Positions 28,878 through 38,609 of a stretch of 64,000 bases of DNA are shown piece by piece. Made by a program: the position numbers and the translations under genes. Positions within the stretch are counted from its first letter, which is position 1. Each line of letters starts with the position of its first letter. The notes below the pieces were generated by a model, which did no database searches, was not told the origin of the DNA, and worked only from the letters and a program-made list of their open reading frames with translations. The DNA is from Acidimicrobiia bacterium (lineage in GTDB: Bacteria > Actinomycetota > Acidimicrobiia > Spongiisociales > Spongiisociaceae). The stretch is taken from NCBI GenBank assembly GCA_041576165.1, contig JBFGLM010000009.1, positions 50,441 through 114,440 on the forward strand, read 5' to 3'.

Positions 28878-29753
28878 CTAACCCTTGACCCCCGACGAGG
28901 CGACGCCCTGGACGAACTGTCGCTGGAAGATCAAGAAGATGATGAGGAGCGGCAACGTCATCAGGACCGTATAGGCCATGATGTCGCCCCACGACACAGG
29001 TGGCGTTGTCTTAAACACCCCGATTCCCACTGGGAGGGGGCGCACGTCGATACCGCGGGTGACAATCGAGGGCCACAAGAACTGACCCCATGAGAACAGG
29101 AAACCCAGGATGGCCACTGTCGCGTAGGCGGGCTTGGCGAGTGGAGCTACCACCTTGGTGAATACCTCCACCGGGCCGGCCCCGTCGATCATTGCCGCCT
29201 CCTCGAGCGACCTGGGGATGCCGAGGAAGAACGTGTAGAACAGGAAGATGAACAACGGATTTGCCACAAAGGGCAGGATCTGGATCTGATATGTGTCCAG
29301 CCATCCCACCTCGGCTCCCATGAACAGCAGCGGCACTGCCAGCGCCTCGAACGGGATGATGATGAGCGCGATCACCACGCCGATGAGGATCTGCCGACCC
29401 TTGAAACGAAGCCTGGCAAGGGCGTAGCCGAACAAACTGTTGACGATCAGGCCCAAACCGACGATTGCGCCTGAGATCAGTACCGAGTTTGCAAAGACCC
29501 TGAACAGGCTGGCTCTCTCGATCGCGTCCTGGAAGTTCTCCAGCCCGACAAATGGGGTCGGTATGAACGCCGCCAGCGATTGACTCTTGGCGAGCACCTC
29601 ATCGTCCGGGATCAACGCCGAAGCCGCCATATAGACGAGAGGGAACAGGAAGAAAATCGCCAGAACGGTCATGACGGCGTAAAGAGCCCATCGCCAGAAA
29701 GGATTCGCTCCAACGCTCCGGCTGGGGCCGGTCTCCACGTGCCCGGTGGTCAT
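28878..29753 (-). CDS. Carbohydrate ABC transporter permease (MalG-like)
   Basis: GYALARLRFKG and EEAAMIDGAG EAA loop; ATG 29753 overlaps the upstream stop. Confidence 0.93.
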   Translation of the reverse strand: MTTGHVETGPSRSVGANPFWRWALYAVMTVLAIFFLFPLVYMAASALIPDDEVLAKSQSLAAFIPTPFVGLENFQDAIERASLFRVFANSVLISGAIVGLGLIVNSLFGYALARLRFKGRQILIGVVIALIIIPFEALAVPLLFMGAEVGWLDTYQIQILPFVANPLFIFLFYTFFLGIPRSLEEAAMIDGAGPVEVFTKVVAPLAKPAYATVAILGFLFSWGQFLWPSIVTRGIDVRPLPVGIGVFKTTPPVSWGDIMAYTVLMTLPLLIIFLIFQRQFVQGVASSGVKG

Positions 29754-30685
29754 CGCGCCTCCTCCTCCTTGAGAAACCTCCGCTGGATCAGTGTCAGCAC
29801 GAGCACGATCACAAAGAAGATGACGGCGATCGATGAGCCGCGACCAATCGATTGACGACCGAAACCCACATCGACCATGTGCACCATGGTCGTCCTGGTG
29901 CTGTCGAGCGGGCCACCCGGTGATCGCGGCATCAGCGTCGGCTGATCGAACAGTCGCATCGCCAGGATCGTGGTGACGGTGAAGACGAAGATAAGAGCGT
30001 TGCGGATGCCGGGGATCGTGACGTTGATGAACTGCTTCCAGGTGTCTGCACCATCGATGGAAGCTGCCTCGTAGAGCTCCCCGGGCACGTCTTGAAGGGC
30101 GGCGAGGATGATGACCATCTGAAATCCGACTCCCTGCCAGATCGAGACGACGATGATCGCCCACATTGCCCAGGTGGGGTCGTTCAGCCAGTCCGGGGTG
30201 AAGTTGCCGAACGTGATGACCTCGAAGAAGCCGTTGACCAGACCGTTGACATTGAACAGGAGCACCCAGATCGTGGCAGCTGCAGCCATGACAACGGTGA
30301 TGGGTGTGAAGAACACGGTCCGGAAGAAGACCCGCCCAGTGATCCGCTGGTTGACCATGACCGCCAGCAAGAGCGCGAAAGCCGTTTGGAACGGCACCAC
30401 GAAGGCGGCGAATCGGAAGTTGTTCCACAGCGACTTCCAGAACAGCGGGTCAGACAGTTCGTCGATGTAGTTCTCCAAACCGATGAACCGCGTTGGTAGG
30501 GGCGAGATGAGGCGCTGGTTGGTGAAGGAGAACCAGATCGCCAAGGTGAAGGGTAGGACGATGAACAGGAGCAGCAGCACCGCACCGGGGAGTATGAACA
30601 TCCAAGCCGCGCGGCTCTCGGAGGCCGCCGGCTTGCTCTTGCCCGAGGGCGCGGCCGCCTCAACCGTTGTTGGAGCCGCCGTCAT
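29750..30685 (-). CDS. Carbohydrate ABC transporter permease (MalF-like)
   Basis: FIGLENY and LYEAASIDGA. Confidence 0.93.
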   Translation of the reverse strand: MTAAPTTVEAAAPSGKSKPAASESRAAWMFILPGAVLLLLFIVLPFTLAIWFSFTNQRLISPLPTRFIGLENYIDELSDPLFWKSLWNNFRFAAFVVPFQTAFALLLAVMVNQRITGRVFFRTVFFTPITVVMAAAATIWVLLFNVNGLVNGFFEVITFGNFTPDWLNDPTWAMWAIIVVSIWQGVGFQMVIILAALQDVPGELYEAASIDGADTWKQFINVTIPGIRNALIFVFTVTTILAMRLFDQPTLMPRSPGGPLDSTRTTMVHMVDVGFGRQSIGRGSSIAVIFFVIVLVLTLIQRRFLKEEEAR

Positions 30686-30721
30686 GTCGTCTCACCTTTC
30701 TCCCTGAGGTCGTCACGTCAT

Positions 30722-30760
30722 GGTGAGGGAGGGGGGCTTGCGATCGTCCCCTCCCTCACC
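30722..30760. terminator. Intercistronic stem-loop after the solute-binding gene
   Basis: 13-bp inverted repeat GGTGAGGGAGGGG / CCCCTCCCTCACC. Confidence 0.7.
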
Positions 30761-30767
30761 GGTCCGC

Positions 30768-32102
30768 TTAGGGGGCCGGGTACCCCTCATTGGCATCGAC
30801 ATCGGCATCAATCGCGGCCGCTGCGTCATCCAGCGCCTGCTGAACATCCGCTCCGAGCAGGATCTCGTCCATGGCCCCCCAGAATTCGGAGGTGACCGTG
30901 GGATAGCCGGGTGTGATGGGCCGCGGTACTGCGATCTCCGGCGCGCCTTCGAGCTGTTGAACGAACAGCTCGAGCGGGCCGCCTTCGGCATAGTTGGCCG
31001 ACTGCGCCAGCGCCGACTTGGTCGATGGGACTGCCCCGTTCACATCGGTGATCTTGAGCACCGACTCGTCCGAGATGGCGAACTCGATGAATTCCCATGC
31101 CGCGTCGGGGTCGACGTCGGCGCCGGCCGACGTGATCGCCCACGCCCAGGAGCCCATGCCGGTCTTGGTGCCCTCCCCGAAGTCGGGCAGCGGCATCACA
31201 ATCAGATCGTCGCCGACCGCTTCTTTGTAGGGGTTGTACATCCAGTGCCCAACCCAGGAAATGGGCGCCTGACCCGAAGTGAAGTTGGTGTCATCGGCTG
31301 CGTCGGTGTCGATCAGTCCTTCTTCCGCCCAGCTCTGGAACGTAGTGAGCGCCTCCACCACTTCCGGCGCGTTCAGTACGCCGTCCGCCTTGAGGGTGTC
31401 ACGGTCAATCAGATCTCCGCCGGCAGACTGGGTGATTGGGCTGAAGCCGTATGTCATCCACTCGCCCTGGGTTCCATACCAGATCTTGATGTCGAGTGGA
31501 TTCTCGAACCCCGCCGCCTGGAGATCGCGCAGGATCTGCTCGGTCTCCTCAGCCGTCCAGGCATCGTCCGGCCCGGTTGGGATGCGGGCGCCGACTCCTT
31601 CGAGCGCCGACCTCCACGCGTACATGCCCAGGCCCGAGTCGAAGCTCCCCACGCTGTACAGATCGCCCTGATAGGAACCGCCGGCAACGATGGAAGGCAG
31701 CAGGTTGTCCCTTACGTCACCCGAGATGCACTCCTCGAGCGAGACGATGTGTCCGCTCCACGCCAGGTTGGCGAGGTTGGGGCCATCGAAGTCCAACAAC
31801 GCCGGCAAGTCCCCGGCAGCTGCGGCCGCGTTGACCTGATCGGTGTACTGGCCCTCAGGGATCAGCGTCAGATTCACGGTGAGGCCCATCTCCGCGCCGA
31901 CCGTCGCGTTGAAGTCGTCGACCATCTGCCGATAGGCATCTGCCTCGGCACCCTCGTGCGCCCACGCCTCGATCGTGCTGACTTCGACCTCGCCGTCGCA
32001 GGACGCTCCGGCTGCACCGTCGGAACCGCCACACGCGGCGGCGACGAGCGCCACGACGCCCAGGGTGATCCCCAGTCGCCGTGCTCTTCGCATTCGCTTC
32101 AT
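30768..32102 (-). CDS. Sugar ABC transporter substrate-binding lipoprotein
   Basis: Lipobox VAAAC-GG, SBP family 1 features, operon context. Confidence 0.92.
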   Translation of the reverse strand: MKRMRRARRLGITLGVVALVAAACGGSDGAAGASCDGEVEVSTIEAWAHEGAEADAYRQMVDDFNATVGAEMGLTVNLTLIPEGQYTDQVNAAAAAGDLPALLDFDGPNLANLAWSGHIVSLEECISGDVRDNLLPSIVAGGSYQGDLYSVGSFDSGLGMYAWRSALEGVGARIPTGPDDAWTAEETEQILRDLQAAGFENPLDIKIWYGTQGEWMTYGFSPITQSAGGDLIDRDTLKADGVLNAPEVVEALTTFQSWAEEGLIDTDAADDTNFTSGQAPISWVGHWMYNPYKEAVGDDLIVMPLPDFGEGTKTGMGSWAWAITSAGADVDPDAAWEFIEFAISDESVLKITDVNGAVPSTKSALAQSANYAEGGPLELFVQQLEGAPEIAVPRPITPGYPTVTSEFWGAMDEILLGADVQQALDDAAAAIDADVDANEGYPAP

Positions 32103-32114
32103 TGCTGTTTCCTC

Positions 32115-33173
32115 CTATTCAGTGGTTGCGGGCTCGTAGATGCCCGGCTCCGTCACAGACTCCCGAATGACCAGCGGACAGGGCAGCCGGTGCTGTACGG
32201 CCGGCAAATGCTCGCCCTTGATCATTCGTTCCAGATGCTCGACCGCCCAGCGTCCCATCTCATAGTGCGGTAGCTGGATGGTCGTGAGACCTGGGTCCAG
32301 CCACGGAGCGATCGTTTCCAGGTTGTCGAACCCGACGACCGAGAGGTCGCCTGGGATAGCGAGGCCGAGCCGGCGGGCCGATTGATACGCCCTGAGCGCG
32401 GTCAGGTCGTTGAAACAGAACAACGCCGTGGGCCGGTCGGCGCGTGCCAGCAGCTGTTCGACCCCGGGCGAGCGACCACCCGGCTCGAGACTGTCGAACA
32501 CGACGAGCGACTCGTCGAAGGTCAGTCCCGCCGACTCCAGCGTGGCCTGGTACGCCGTGAACCGCTCCTCGGCGGCAGGAACCGGATCGGTGTTCTGCAC
32601 GTACCCGATTCGCTCGTGCCCCATCTCGAGCAAATGCTGAACTGCCGCGGCAGCGCCTCCCATTTCATCGGGGACGACACTCGGCAGGGAGGAGTCCGGA
32701 TCACGGGCATCGAGCAACACCACCGGCATCTCGGCCACCATGCTCGGGACCATGACGATCTGGTGGTGCATTCGGGCGTAGAGGAGCCCGTCGACCCGCC
32801 GGTCGAAGACGGCCATGAGCGCCGCATGTTCCATCTCGGCGTCGCCCTCGGTGTCGATGAGGATGAGGACATGGCCGGCTTTCCAGGCGGCCTCCTGGGC
32901 GCCGCGGATCATCGCCCCGGAGAACGGTTTCGTGGCGATCTCGTCGGAGATCAGACCGATGGTATGGGTCTTCTGGCTCCGGAAGCTGCGGGCCAGCGCA
33001 TTGGGCCGGTACTGCAGGCGGGCGGCAGATTCCCGCACACGGGCAATGGTCGACTCGGGGAAGGCATCGACCTTGCCGTTGAGAATGAGCGAGGCTGTGG
33101 CGGGCGACACATTCGCCGCGGCGGCGACGTCCTTGAGCAATGCCTTCTTGCTCGTGTACTCGCTCACCGTCAC
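32115..33173 (-). CDS. LacI-family transcriptional regulator
   Basis: LKDVAAAANVSPATASLILN, YRPNALAR, DLSVVGFDN, LTTI. Confidence 0.95.
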   Translation of the reverse strand: MTVSEYTSKKALLKDVAAAANVSPATASLILNGKVDAFPESTIARVRESAARLQYRPNALARSFRSQKTHTIGLISDEIATKPFSGAMIRGAQEAAWKAGHVLILIDTEGDAEMEHAALMAVFDRRVDGLLYARMHHQIVMVPSMVAEMPVVLLDARDPDSSLPSVVPDEMGGAAAAVQHLLEMGHERIGYVQNTDPVPAAEERFTAYQATLESAGLTFDESLVVFDSLEPGGRSPGVEQLLARADRPTALFCFNDLTALRAYQSARRLGLAIPGDLSVVGFDNLETIAPWLDPGLTTIQLPHYEMGRWAVEHLERMIKGEHLPAVQHRLPCPLVIRESVTEPGIYEPATTE

Positions 33174-33201
33174 AGCGCTCCCCGTCCCCAGAAACCGTGA
33201 C

Positions 33202-33227
33202 TTAACCGATTTATTGAACCGATTTAT
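33202..33227. promoter_or_regulatory. Tandem LacI-type operators
   Basis: TTAACCGATTTAT then TGAACCGATTTAT, each a pseudo-palindrome with central CG, upstream of the lacI-like gene. Confidence 0.7.
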
Positions 33228-33506
33228 AGTCGTCGTTGGGCAGCTGTGTCAACCGGGGACAAGGGCTGCCTAGCTTCGCATTGGGGGATAGACGTTCACA
33301 GCACGGCTCGCGAGAGAGCCGAAATCAGTGGGGACTACCAAGCGGTTCCAATCAGCCACTGGAGTCTCCGGTTGCGCACCGGTCGCCGGGTGGGCGGCGG
33401 ACCGCAGCACGATCAGCCGGCTATCCAAGACTGAGAGGCCCGTTAGTCGGTGCTCGAAGCGGTCCCAATCTCCGACGGCTGGGGCTCGGCCAGCTTCGGC
33501 CTGCGA

Positions 33507-34340
33507 TCAGCTTGATCGAGCAGTGTTTCGAGCCGTGACCTGTTCGGAGGGAAACGCGCCTGCTATCCCGCCGTAGAGGCCGAGTGCGATGTCGGCGCCT
33601 GACGTCGCCCCGGCTGCGGCGAGCCGTTGACATGCCGCCTCGCACTCACCTGCGTCACCGGCGATCGCCGCCGTAAAGATCTCGTGGACGGGAGCGATGG
33701 CTTGTCCGACGGCCGCACCGCGGAGGTAGGCCAGGCTGATGGTGCTCGTCAGGTGTTGAGCCTCCCGGCCGATCTCCCAGCTGCCCGGGGCGAGCCGTCC
33801 CAAGGCCACCGAGGCCACCAGGAAACCGGCGATCACATCATCGCCCGCGGGCGTAAGCCCAGGACCGAAACCGAGCAGGCTCCCGCGAGCGTCGAGGTCG
33901 AGCGGGTCGGCAGCCCGCGACAGTCGCGACAGGCGTGCCGAATAGGGCGGGGCCATCAGCGCCGACGCCTGTGCGTGCGGGGCAAGCGCCGTCGTGAGTA
34001 TGGGACTGGCCGCGGCTACTCGAGCAGGGTGCGGCAGCCGGCCAACCCACGATGCGCCACCGGCCAGATCCACACGCCGGCCGTCTAGTTTGATCCGGTC
34101 GCCGGTGACCGGCATTTCGCTTCCGGGCTCCGCCTGCAGTTGATCGGCTGTGGTCGTGACGTGGATCGGACCCGGTGGAACGTCCCGGCTCGTCAGCACG
34201 ATCACCTCATCACCGGATTGTGCGTACACGGCCCGCGGGAAAGCTGCGATCACCCGCCACGGCCCCATCATCCGTCGCAATGCCGTCATGGCCATGGAAC
34301 CGATTGTCGTGGCTGTGACCGAGGTATTGGGGAGCATCAC
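33507..34340 (-). CDS. DUF2877 / YlbF (AllH-like) protein
   Basis: LLGFGPGLTPAGDDVIAG, TSTIS, GATSGADIALG. Confidence 0.85.
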   Translation of the reverse strand: MMLPNTSVTATTIGSMAMTALRRMMGPWRVIAAFPRAVYAQSGDEVIVLTSRDVPPGPIHVTTTADQLQAEPGSEMPVTGDRIKLDGRRVDLAGGASWVGRLPHPARVAAASPILTTALAPHAQASALMAPPYSARLSRLSRAADPLDLDARGSLLGFGPGLTPAGDDVIAGFLVASVALGRLAPGSWEIGREAQHLTSTISLAYLRGAAVGQAIAPVHEIFTAAIAGDAGECEAACQRLAAAGATSGADIALGLYGGIAGAFPSEQVTARNTARSS

Positions 34341-35764
34341 GCCAGCTTCTCATCGAGCGCCAGGAGAGCATCCCGGAACACGGACATTGGAGCCACAGCC
34401 ACGCCGGCCCCCACCTGGCCGCTGCCGTCCGACTTGTGGAGGATGCCCGTGTTGATGGCAGGGGCGATCTGCAACTCGATCACCTTCCGCACGTCGACCC
34501 CGACAGGCGTGCCGGCGTAATCGAGCACCGGCAGTGTGAACCGGGAGCTGCGCCCCAGTGCGATGTGCGCCATCTCCTCGGTCACAGCCCGGGCGTCGGC
34601 CATGGTGCCGCCCACGAATGCTGCCACCGCCGGAGCGCCCGCCGCCGCGGGTCCCCCGAGTCCGATCAGCTCCAGCACGGCGCTGTCCCCGATGTCGGGA
34701 GCGCTCGACTCGGGCCCGTAGCCCGAGTAGTACATCGCATGCTCAACCGGCGGAGCGGATGCGGTGAACCAGCCATCACCGGCCCCTGTCACCTGCACGC
34801 CGAACGTGGTGCCGTTCCTGGCCATGGTGACAACTGCGCTGGAGTCTGGGACTTCGCTTGCCCACGCAGTCGTCACCTTGGCGGCGGCCATCGCGATGTT
34901 GAGGAAGAACAGGTGGTTACTGCTCCAGTAGCGGGCGAATTCGGACAAGCCGGCATGGGCGGTCTCGACCAGATCGGCGAACAGACTCCGAAGCAACAGG
35001 TTCCCGGTTGCCTGGGTCCGCATGTGGAGGTCGTCGCCCATCTGCACACCCTGGGCGGCCAGGGCGAAGACGTTGACCGGCTCGGCGGTCCGCAGCGCGG
35101 CGGCGAGCAGCGGGCCCCCTACGTCGGCGAGCCACCGCAAGCGATCCACCGCCTCGGGGGCGTCGACCCCGAACCAGGCGGTCCTGCCCGGGCCCTGGTT
35201 GAGCGGCGAGAACGCCCGGCGATCGTCCATGCCGACCACAAACATGGGAGTGGACGGGCCCATCGCCGACGCCATCGGCACCACCGTGGAGTGATGGTTG
35301 GCGGAACCCAGCGTGACGCGGCCTCCGGCCACCAGGCCGGACGCTTCCTCGTGATCTGCGGCCCAGCCTTCGGCCAATATGGCGGCGAGCACCGACCGGC
35401 GCAGAGGATCGCAGAAGTCCGGCCAGTCGAGCGGCGGTCCACAATGCAGGATCGTGCGGTCCGTCATGTTCGGAACGACTTCGCGAGCGGGCCGCACATC
35501 CGTCAACAGCGGCGTCGCAGTATCCAGGCGGCGGAAGACCTCGGCATTTGCCCGGTCGATGCGCTCGGCGTGTTGTCCGAACAGCCGGGTCAGCGCGGCG
35601 ATCGCCGCCTCGTCGCCGGCGGCCGGAATTCGCCAATCCACCGAGACGACTTCGTGGCCCTGGGCGCGCACAGCCTCGGCGAGGAGGTCGAGACCGACGT
35701 TCACCACCCGCACCTCCTGCGGCAGACGGGGCGGTGTCGGCTGGTCGATAAACTCGTCACTCAT
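34337..35764 (-). CDS. DUF1116 / YlbE-YahG (AllG-like) protein with fused N-terminal VNVGL..VDW segment
   Basis: ILHCGPP, MGDDLHMR, FFLNIAMA, MARNGTTFG, PDIGDSA, PAINTGILH, GQVGAG. Confidence 0.9.
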   Translation of the reverse strand: MSDEFIDQPTPPRLPQEVRVVNVGLDLLAEAVRAQGHEVVSVDWRIPAAGDEAAIAALTRLFGQHAERIDRANAEVFRRLDTATPLLTDVRPAREVVPNMTDRTILHCGPPLDWPDFCDPLRRSVLAAILAEGWAADHEEASGLVAGGRVTLGSANHHSTVVPMASAMGPSTPMFVVGMDDRRAFSPLNQGPGRTAWFGVDAPEAVDRLRWLADVGGPLLAAALRTAEPVNVFALAAQGVQMGDDLHMRTQATGNLLLRSLFADLVETAHAGLSEFARYWSSNHLFFLNIAMAAAKVTTAWASEVPDSSAVVTMARNGTTFGVQVTGAGDGWFTASAPPVEHAMYYSGYGPESSAPDIGDSAVLELIGLGGPAAAGAPAVAAFVGGTMADARAVTEEMAHIALGRSSRFTLPVLDYAGTPVGVDVRKVIELQIAPAINTGILHKSDGSGQVGAGVAVAPMSVFRDALLALDEKLA

Positions 35765-36140
35765 GCGAACGGTTTCCTCCGTGTGGGAGGGTGATTATCG
35801 ATGCCGCGTGTTCGTGCGGGATTTCGAGCTGGTGGTCGACGAACCCACCGAGGTCGGCGGCACCAATACCGGACCCCGTCCGACTGAATTGATGTTGTCC
35901 GCCGTCGCCTCCTGTTTCGCACTCGCGATTGCCCACGTGGCCCGCAAGCACGACCGGCCGCTCGATGATCTGCAGGTCACCGCCTCTGGCGAGTACGACG
36001 GGCCCCGTTTCAGCAAGGTGTCGGTCATCGCGTCGTCCGCGATCCCCCAGGAGGACCTGCAATGGCTGGCCGATCGCGCCAGCCGCGTCTGCTACGTCTC
36101 GAACTCGTTGGGGTGCGACTTCGCTTATCGGGTCGAGTGA
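35763..36140 (+). CDS. OsmC family protein, antisense within the minus-strand operon
   Basis: VDEPTEVGGTNTGPRPTELMLSAVASCF...CYVSNSL. Confidence 0.85.
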   Translation: MRTVSSVWEGDYRCRVFVRDFELVVDEPTEVGGTNTGPRPTELMLSAVASCFALAIAHVARKHDRPLDDLQVTASGEYDGPRFSKVSVIASSAIPQEDLQWLADRASRVCYVSNSLGCDFAYRVE

Positions 36141-36141
36141 C

Positions 36142-37644
36142 TCAGACAGCACCTGCTACCGCCTTCGTGCGTTCCACAACGTCATGCTCGGCCTGGTCGA
36201 AGAGGTCGATGAACCGGCGGGCCCGTTCTCGGGCTGAGGTTGCCGTCTCGCGCACGTGACCCGCCATCCCAACGACTAGATCCGGCTTAGCTCCGCCCTG
36301 ACCATGCCGGGTCTGGACTATTTTGCGCGGATCGAGCACATCCCGCAGATCGACGTCTCGGAGGCCGATCGGGGAGCCCAGGATTTCGGCGGCAGCCTCG
36401 TCGATCAGCTCGCCCGTCATGTCGACCCCCCGCATTCCGGCGGCGCTCGCCCTCCGCACCGCGTTGCCAACCACCCGGTAGGCAGTCCGATAGTCGACGC
36501 CGGCCTCGAGCATCACTACCTCGGCCAGGTCGGTGGCCTGAGAAAAGCCGCCCTCGAGTTCGCTGTACAGGCGGGCGCGGTTGACCGATACGGTCGAGAC
36601 GACCTCGCGCATGAGCTCCGTGACCCGGAGGGCGAGATCCATCGCGCGGGGCACCTCGCCATAGGCGTAGATGTAGTTGTCGCTCCGCGCCGAGGGTGTC
36701 TTGATCACAGAGAGGAATCCGGCCAACCGCCCGATCAGCACCCCTGATGCGCCCCGCACGATCGACAGCGCGTACGGGTTTCGCTTCTGGGGCATCAGCA
36801 CGCTGGCCCGGGTGTACGGCCCGGCCAGATCGACGTAGTCGAACTCGGGGCTGGCCCAGATCTCGAGGTCCTCAGCGAGCTTGCTCTGATTCGAGACCAG
36901 GCTGGTAGTCGTCGACAAGACCGAGACCAACACGTCGGTCTGCCACATTGCGTCTCGGGTGTGTTCGATGATGCCTTCGAACCCGAGTGCATGGGCAAGG
37001 ACCTGGCGATCGGCCAGCAGCCGCGTGCCGTTGACACAGCCGGCCCCGCCGGGGCTGAGGTTCACCGACTGGAGCTCCGAGATGAGGCGCTCGATGTCGC
37101 GCAGCGCCGGCGGGGCAAATCCCAGCACGTAATGGCCGAACGTCGAGGGCTGGGCATGCTGTAGATACGTCTGATCCGGCATGTAGGTTTCGGCGTGATC
37201 AACCGCCAGATCGGCGAGCGCCAGGGCGAAATCGGCGCCGGCGCGAGCGACGTTCGCGCCCATCCGGCGCAGCACCACCCGCATGGCCACACGGGCGGCT
37301 TCCCGTCTCGGACGTCCGGCGTGGAGCCAGCCGGTTGCGTCTCCGATCTGAGCGGTGAAGTGCCGTTCCCGGCAGTTGTACGTCTCGCCGTAGGCAGGGT
37401 CGTAGGGAAACTCGTCCGCCGGGGTGGCGTGGGCATCGAGCAGTACCCGGGCAAGGTCGCGGAGAGCCGGCTTGGGCACCAGGTCGCGGGCCGCCAGGTC
37501 GAGGATGTGAGCCATGTCGGCCAGGTTGAGGCCGTGATGGAGGAACGGTGCGTCGTCGATCTCGGTCGCGAACCCGGCATCGATCAGCGTCTGTGCCGGA
37601 GCGAGGGAGGAGGGCCCTGCCAGCCGGTTGGTTACCTCGGTCAC
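36142..37644 (-). CDS. Argininosuccinate-lyase-like enzyme; candidate XcbC-type CoM biosynthesis lyase
   Basis: LHAGRPRRE, TYLQHAQP, ASVLMPQKRNP, ATDLAE; operonic with comA. Confidence 0.85.
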   Translation of the reverse strand: MTEVTNRLAGPSSLAPAQTLIDAGFATEIDDAPFLHHGLNLADMAHILDLAARDLVPKPALRDLARVLLDAHATPADEFPYDPAYGETYNCRERHFTAQIGDATGWLHAGRPRREAARVAMRVVLRRMGANVARAGADFALALADLAVDHAETYMPDQTYLQHAQPSTFGHYVLGFAPPALRDIERLISELQSVNLSPGGAGCVNGTRLLADRQVLAHALGFEGIIEHTRDAMWQTDVLVSVLSTTTSLVSNQSKLAEDLEIWASPEFDYVDLAGPYTRASVLMPQKRNPYALSIVRGASGVLIGRLAGFLSVIKTPSARSDNYIYAYGEVPRAMDLALRVTELMREVVSTVSVNRARLYSELEGGFSQATDLAEVVMLEAGVDYRTAYRVVGNAVRRASAAGMRGVDMTGELIDEAAAEILGSPIGLRDVDLRDVLDPRKIVQTRHGQGGAKPDLVVGMAGHVRETATSARERARRFIDLFDQAEHDVVERTKAVAGAV

Positions 37645-38609
37645 ATCGAATCCTTTCGCACGACCGCCTCGAGGATGGTCGCAGTGCCACCGGTATGCCA
37701 GAAGATGACCGGGCCACGGAGGTCGCCGGCCAGGCCCACCAAGGCGGCGAACGCTTTCGCCGTGTAGATGGGATCGAGCAGGAGCGACTCAGCGCGCCGG
37801 GCGAGGACGGCCGCGGCGACGGCCTTCCCCCACACCTTTCCATACCCGGGACCGCGGGCATCGACCACGTCAGGGACGTTCGATGGAGCCGAATTTCCGG
37901 CGAGGTCGCTGCACTCTTCGGCAAGCTGGTGGATCCGAGAGATGGCCTCGTCCTGGCTGCGGCTGACGGAGGCACCGACTAATGGCCAGTCGGCTCCAAC
38001 GGCGGAAAAGCCCGAGACGATCCCGGCCAGCGTGCCTCCGGACCCCACCGGAACCATTATCGCGGCGGGTTCAATGGCGGCTGTCCGGAGCTGGTCCGCC
38101 AGCTCGGTTGCGGCCCGGTGATAGCCCAGTGCCCCAACTGCGGTAGCTCCGCCGCGGGGAATGATGTACGGCGTGCCCCCGGCCGCTGCGATCTCGCTCG
38201 CCCGCGTACGCGCCAGCTCATCGACCGTTGACCGGTCCGGGTTGCCGGTGAAGTGAGCCACCGCCCCGCTCTCCTCCGCCAGTCGGAGGTTCACAGGGGG
38301 TGCGTCGGGTCGGCTCCCGTAGAGGATCAGCTCGCAGTCGAGCCCGAGCACTTCGGCGGCTGCAGCTGTGGTCTGGCACAGATTGGAGCGGGGTCCGCCG
38401 CACACGAGGATGGACGTCGCGTCAATCTCGCAGGCATCCGCCAGCAGAAACTCGAGCTTGCGGACCTTGTTCCCGCCCAGGCTGAAACCGGTCAGGTCGT
38501 CGCGCTTGATGTGAAGCGCCACGAGCCCGAGCCGCTCTGCGAGCCTGGGTGCGGGGTGCAGCGGCGTCGGATAGAGGCCGAGAGAAAGCGGCTCGACGTG
38601 CCCATTCAT
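37641..38609 (-). CDS. PLP-dependent D-cysteine desulfhydrase/ACC deaminase family; candidate XcbE
   Basis: PTPL, IKRDDLTG, GGNKVRKLEF, SN, GSGGTLAG, LDPIYTAKA, WHTGG. Confidence 0.9.
   Translation of the reverse strand: MNGHVEPLSLGLYPTPLHPAPRLAERLGLVALHIKRDDLTGFSLGGNKVRKLEFLLADACEIDATSILVCGGPRSNLCQTTAAAAEVLGLDCELILYGSRPDAPPVNLRLAEESGAVAHFTGNPDRSTVDELARTRASEIAAAGGTPYIIPRGGATAVGALGYHRAATELADQLRTAAIEPAAIMVPVGSGGTLAGIVSGFSAVGADWPLVGASVSRSQDEAISRIHQLAEECSDLAGNSAPSNVPDVVDARGPGYGKVWGKAVAAAVLARRAESLLLDPIYTAKAFAALVGLAGDLRGPVIFWHTGGTATILEAVVRKDSM

Noticed and set aside
33340-33470. AAGCGGTTCCAATC / AAGCGGTCCCAATC repeat pair
   Set aside because: Only two imperfect copies with no associated element; cannot be told from chance or old debris.
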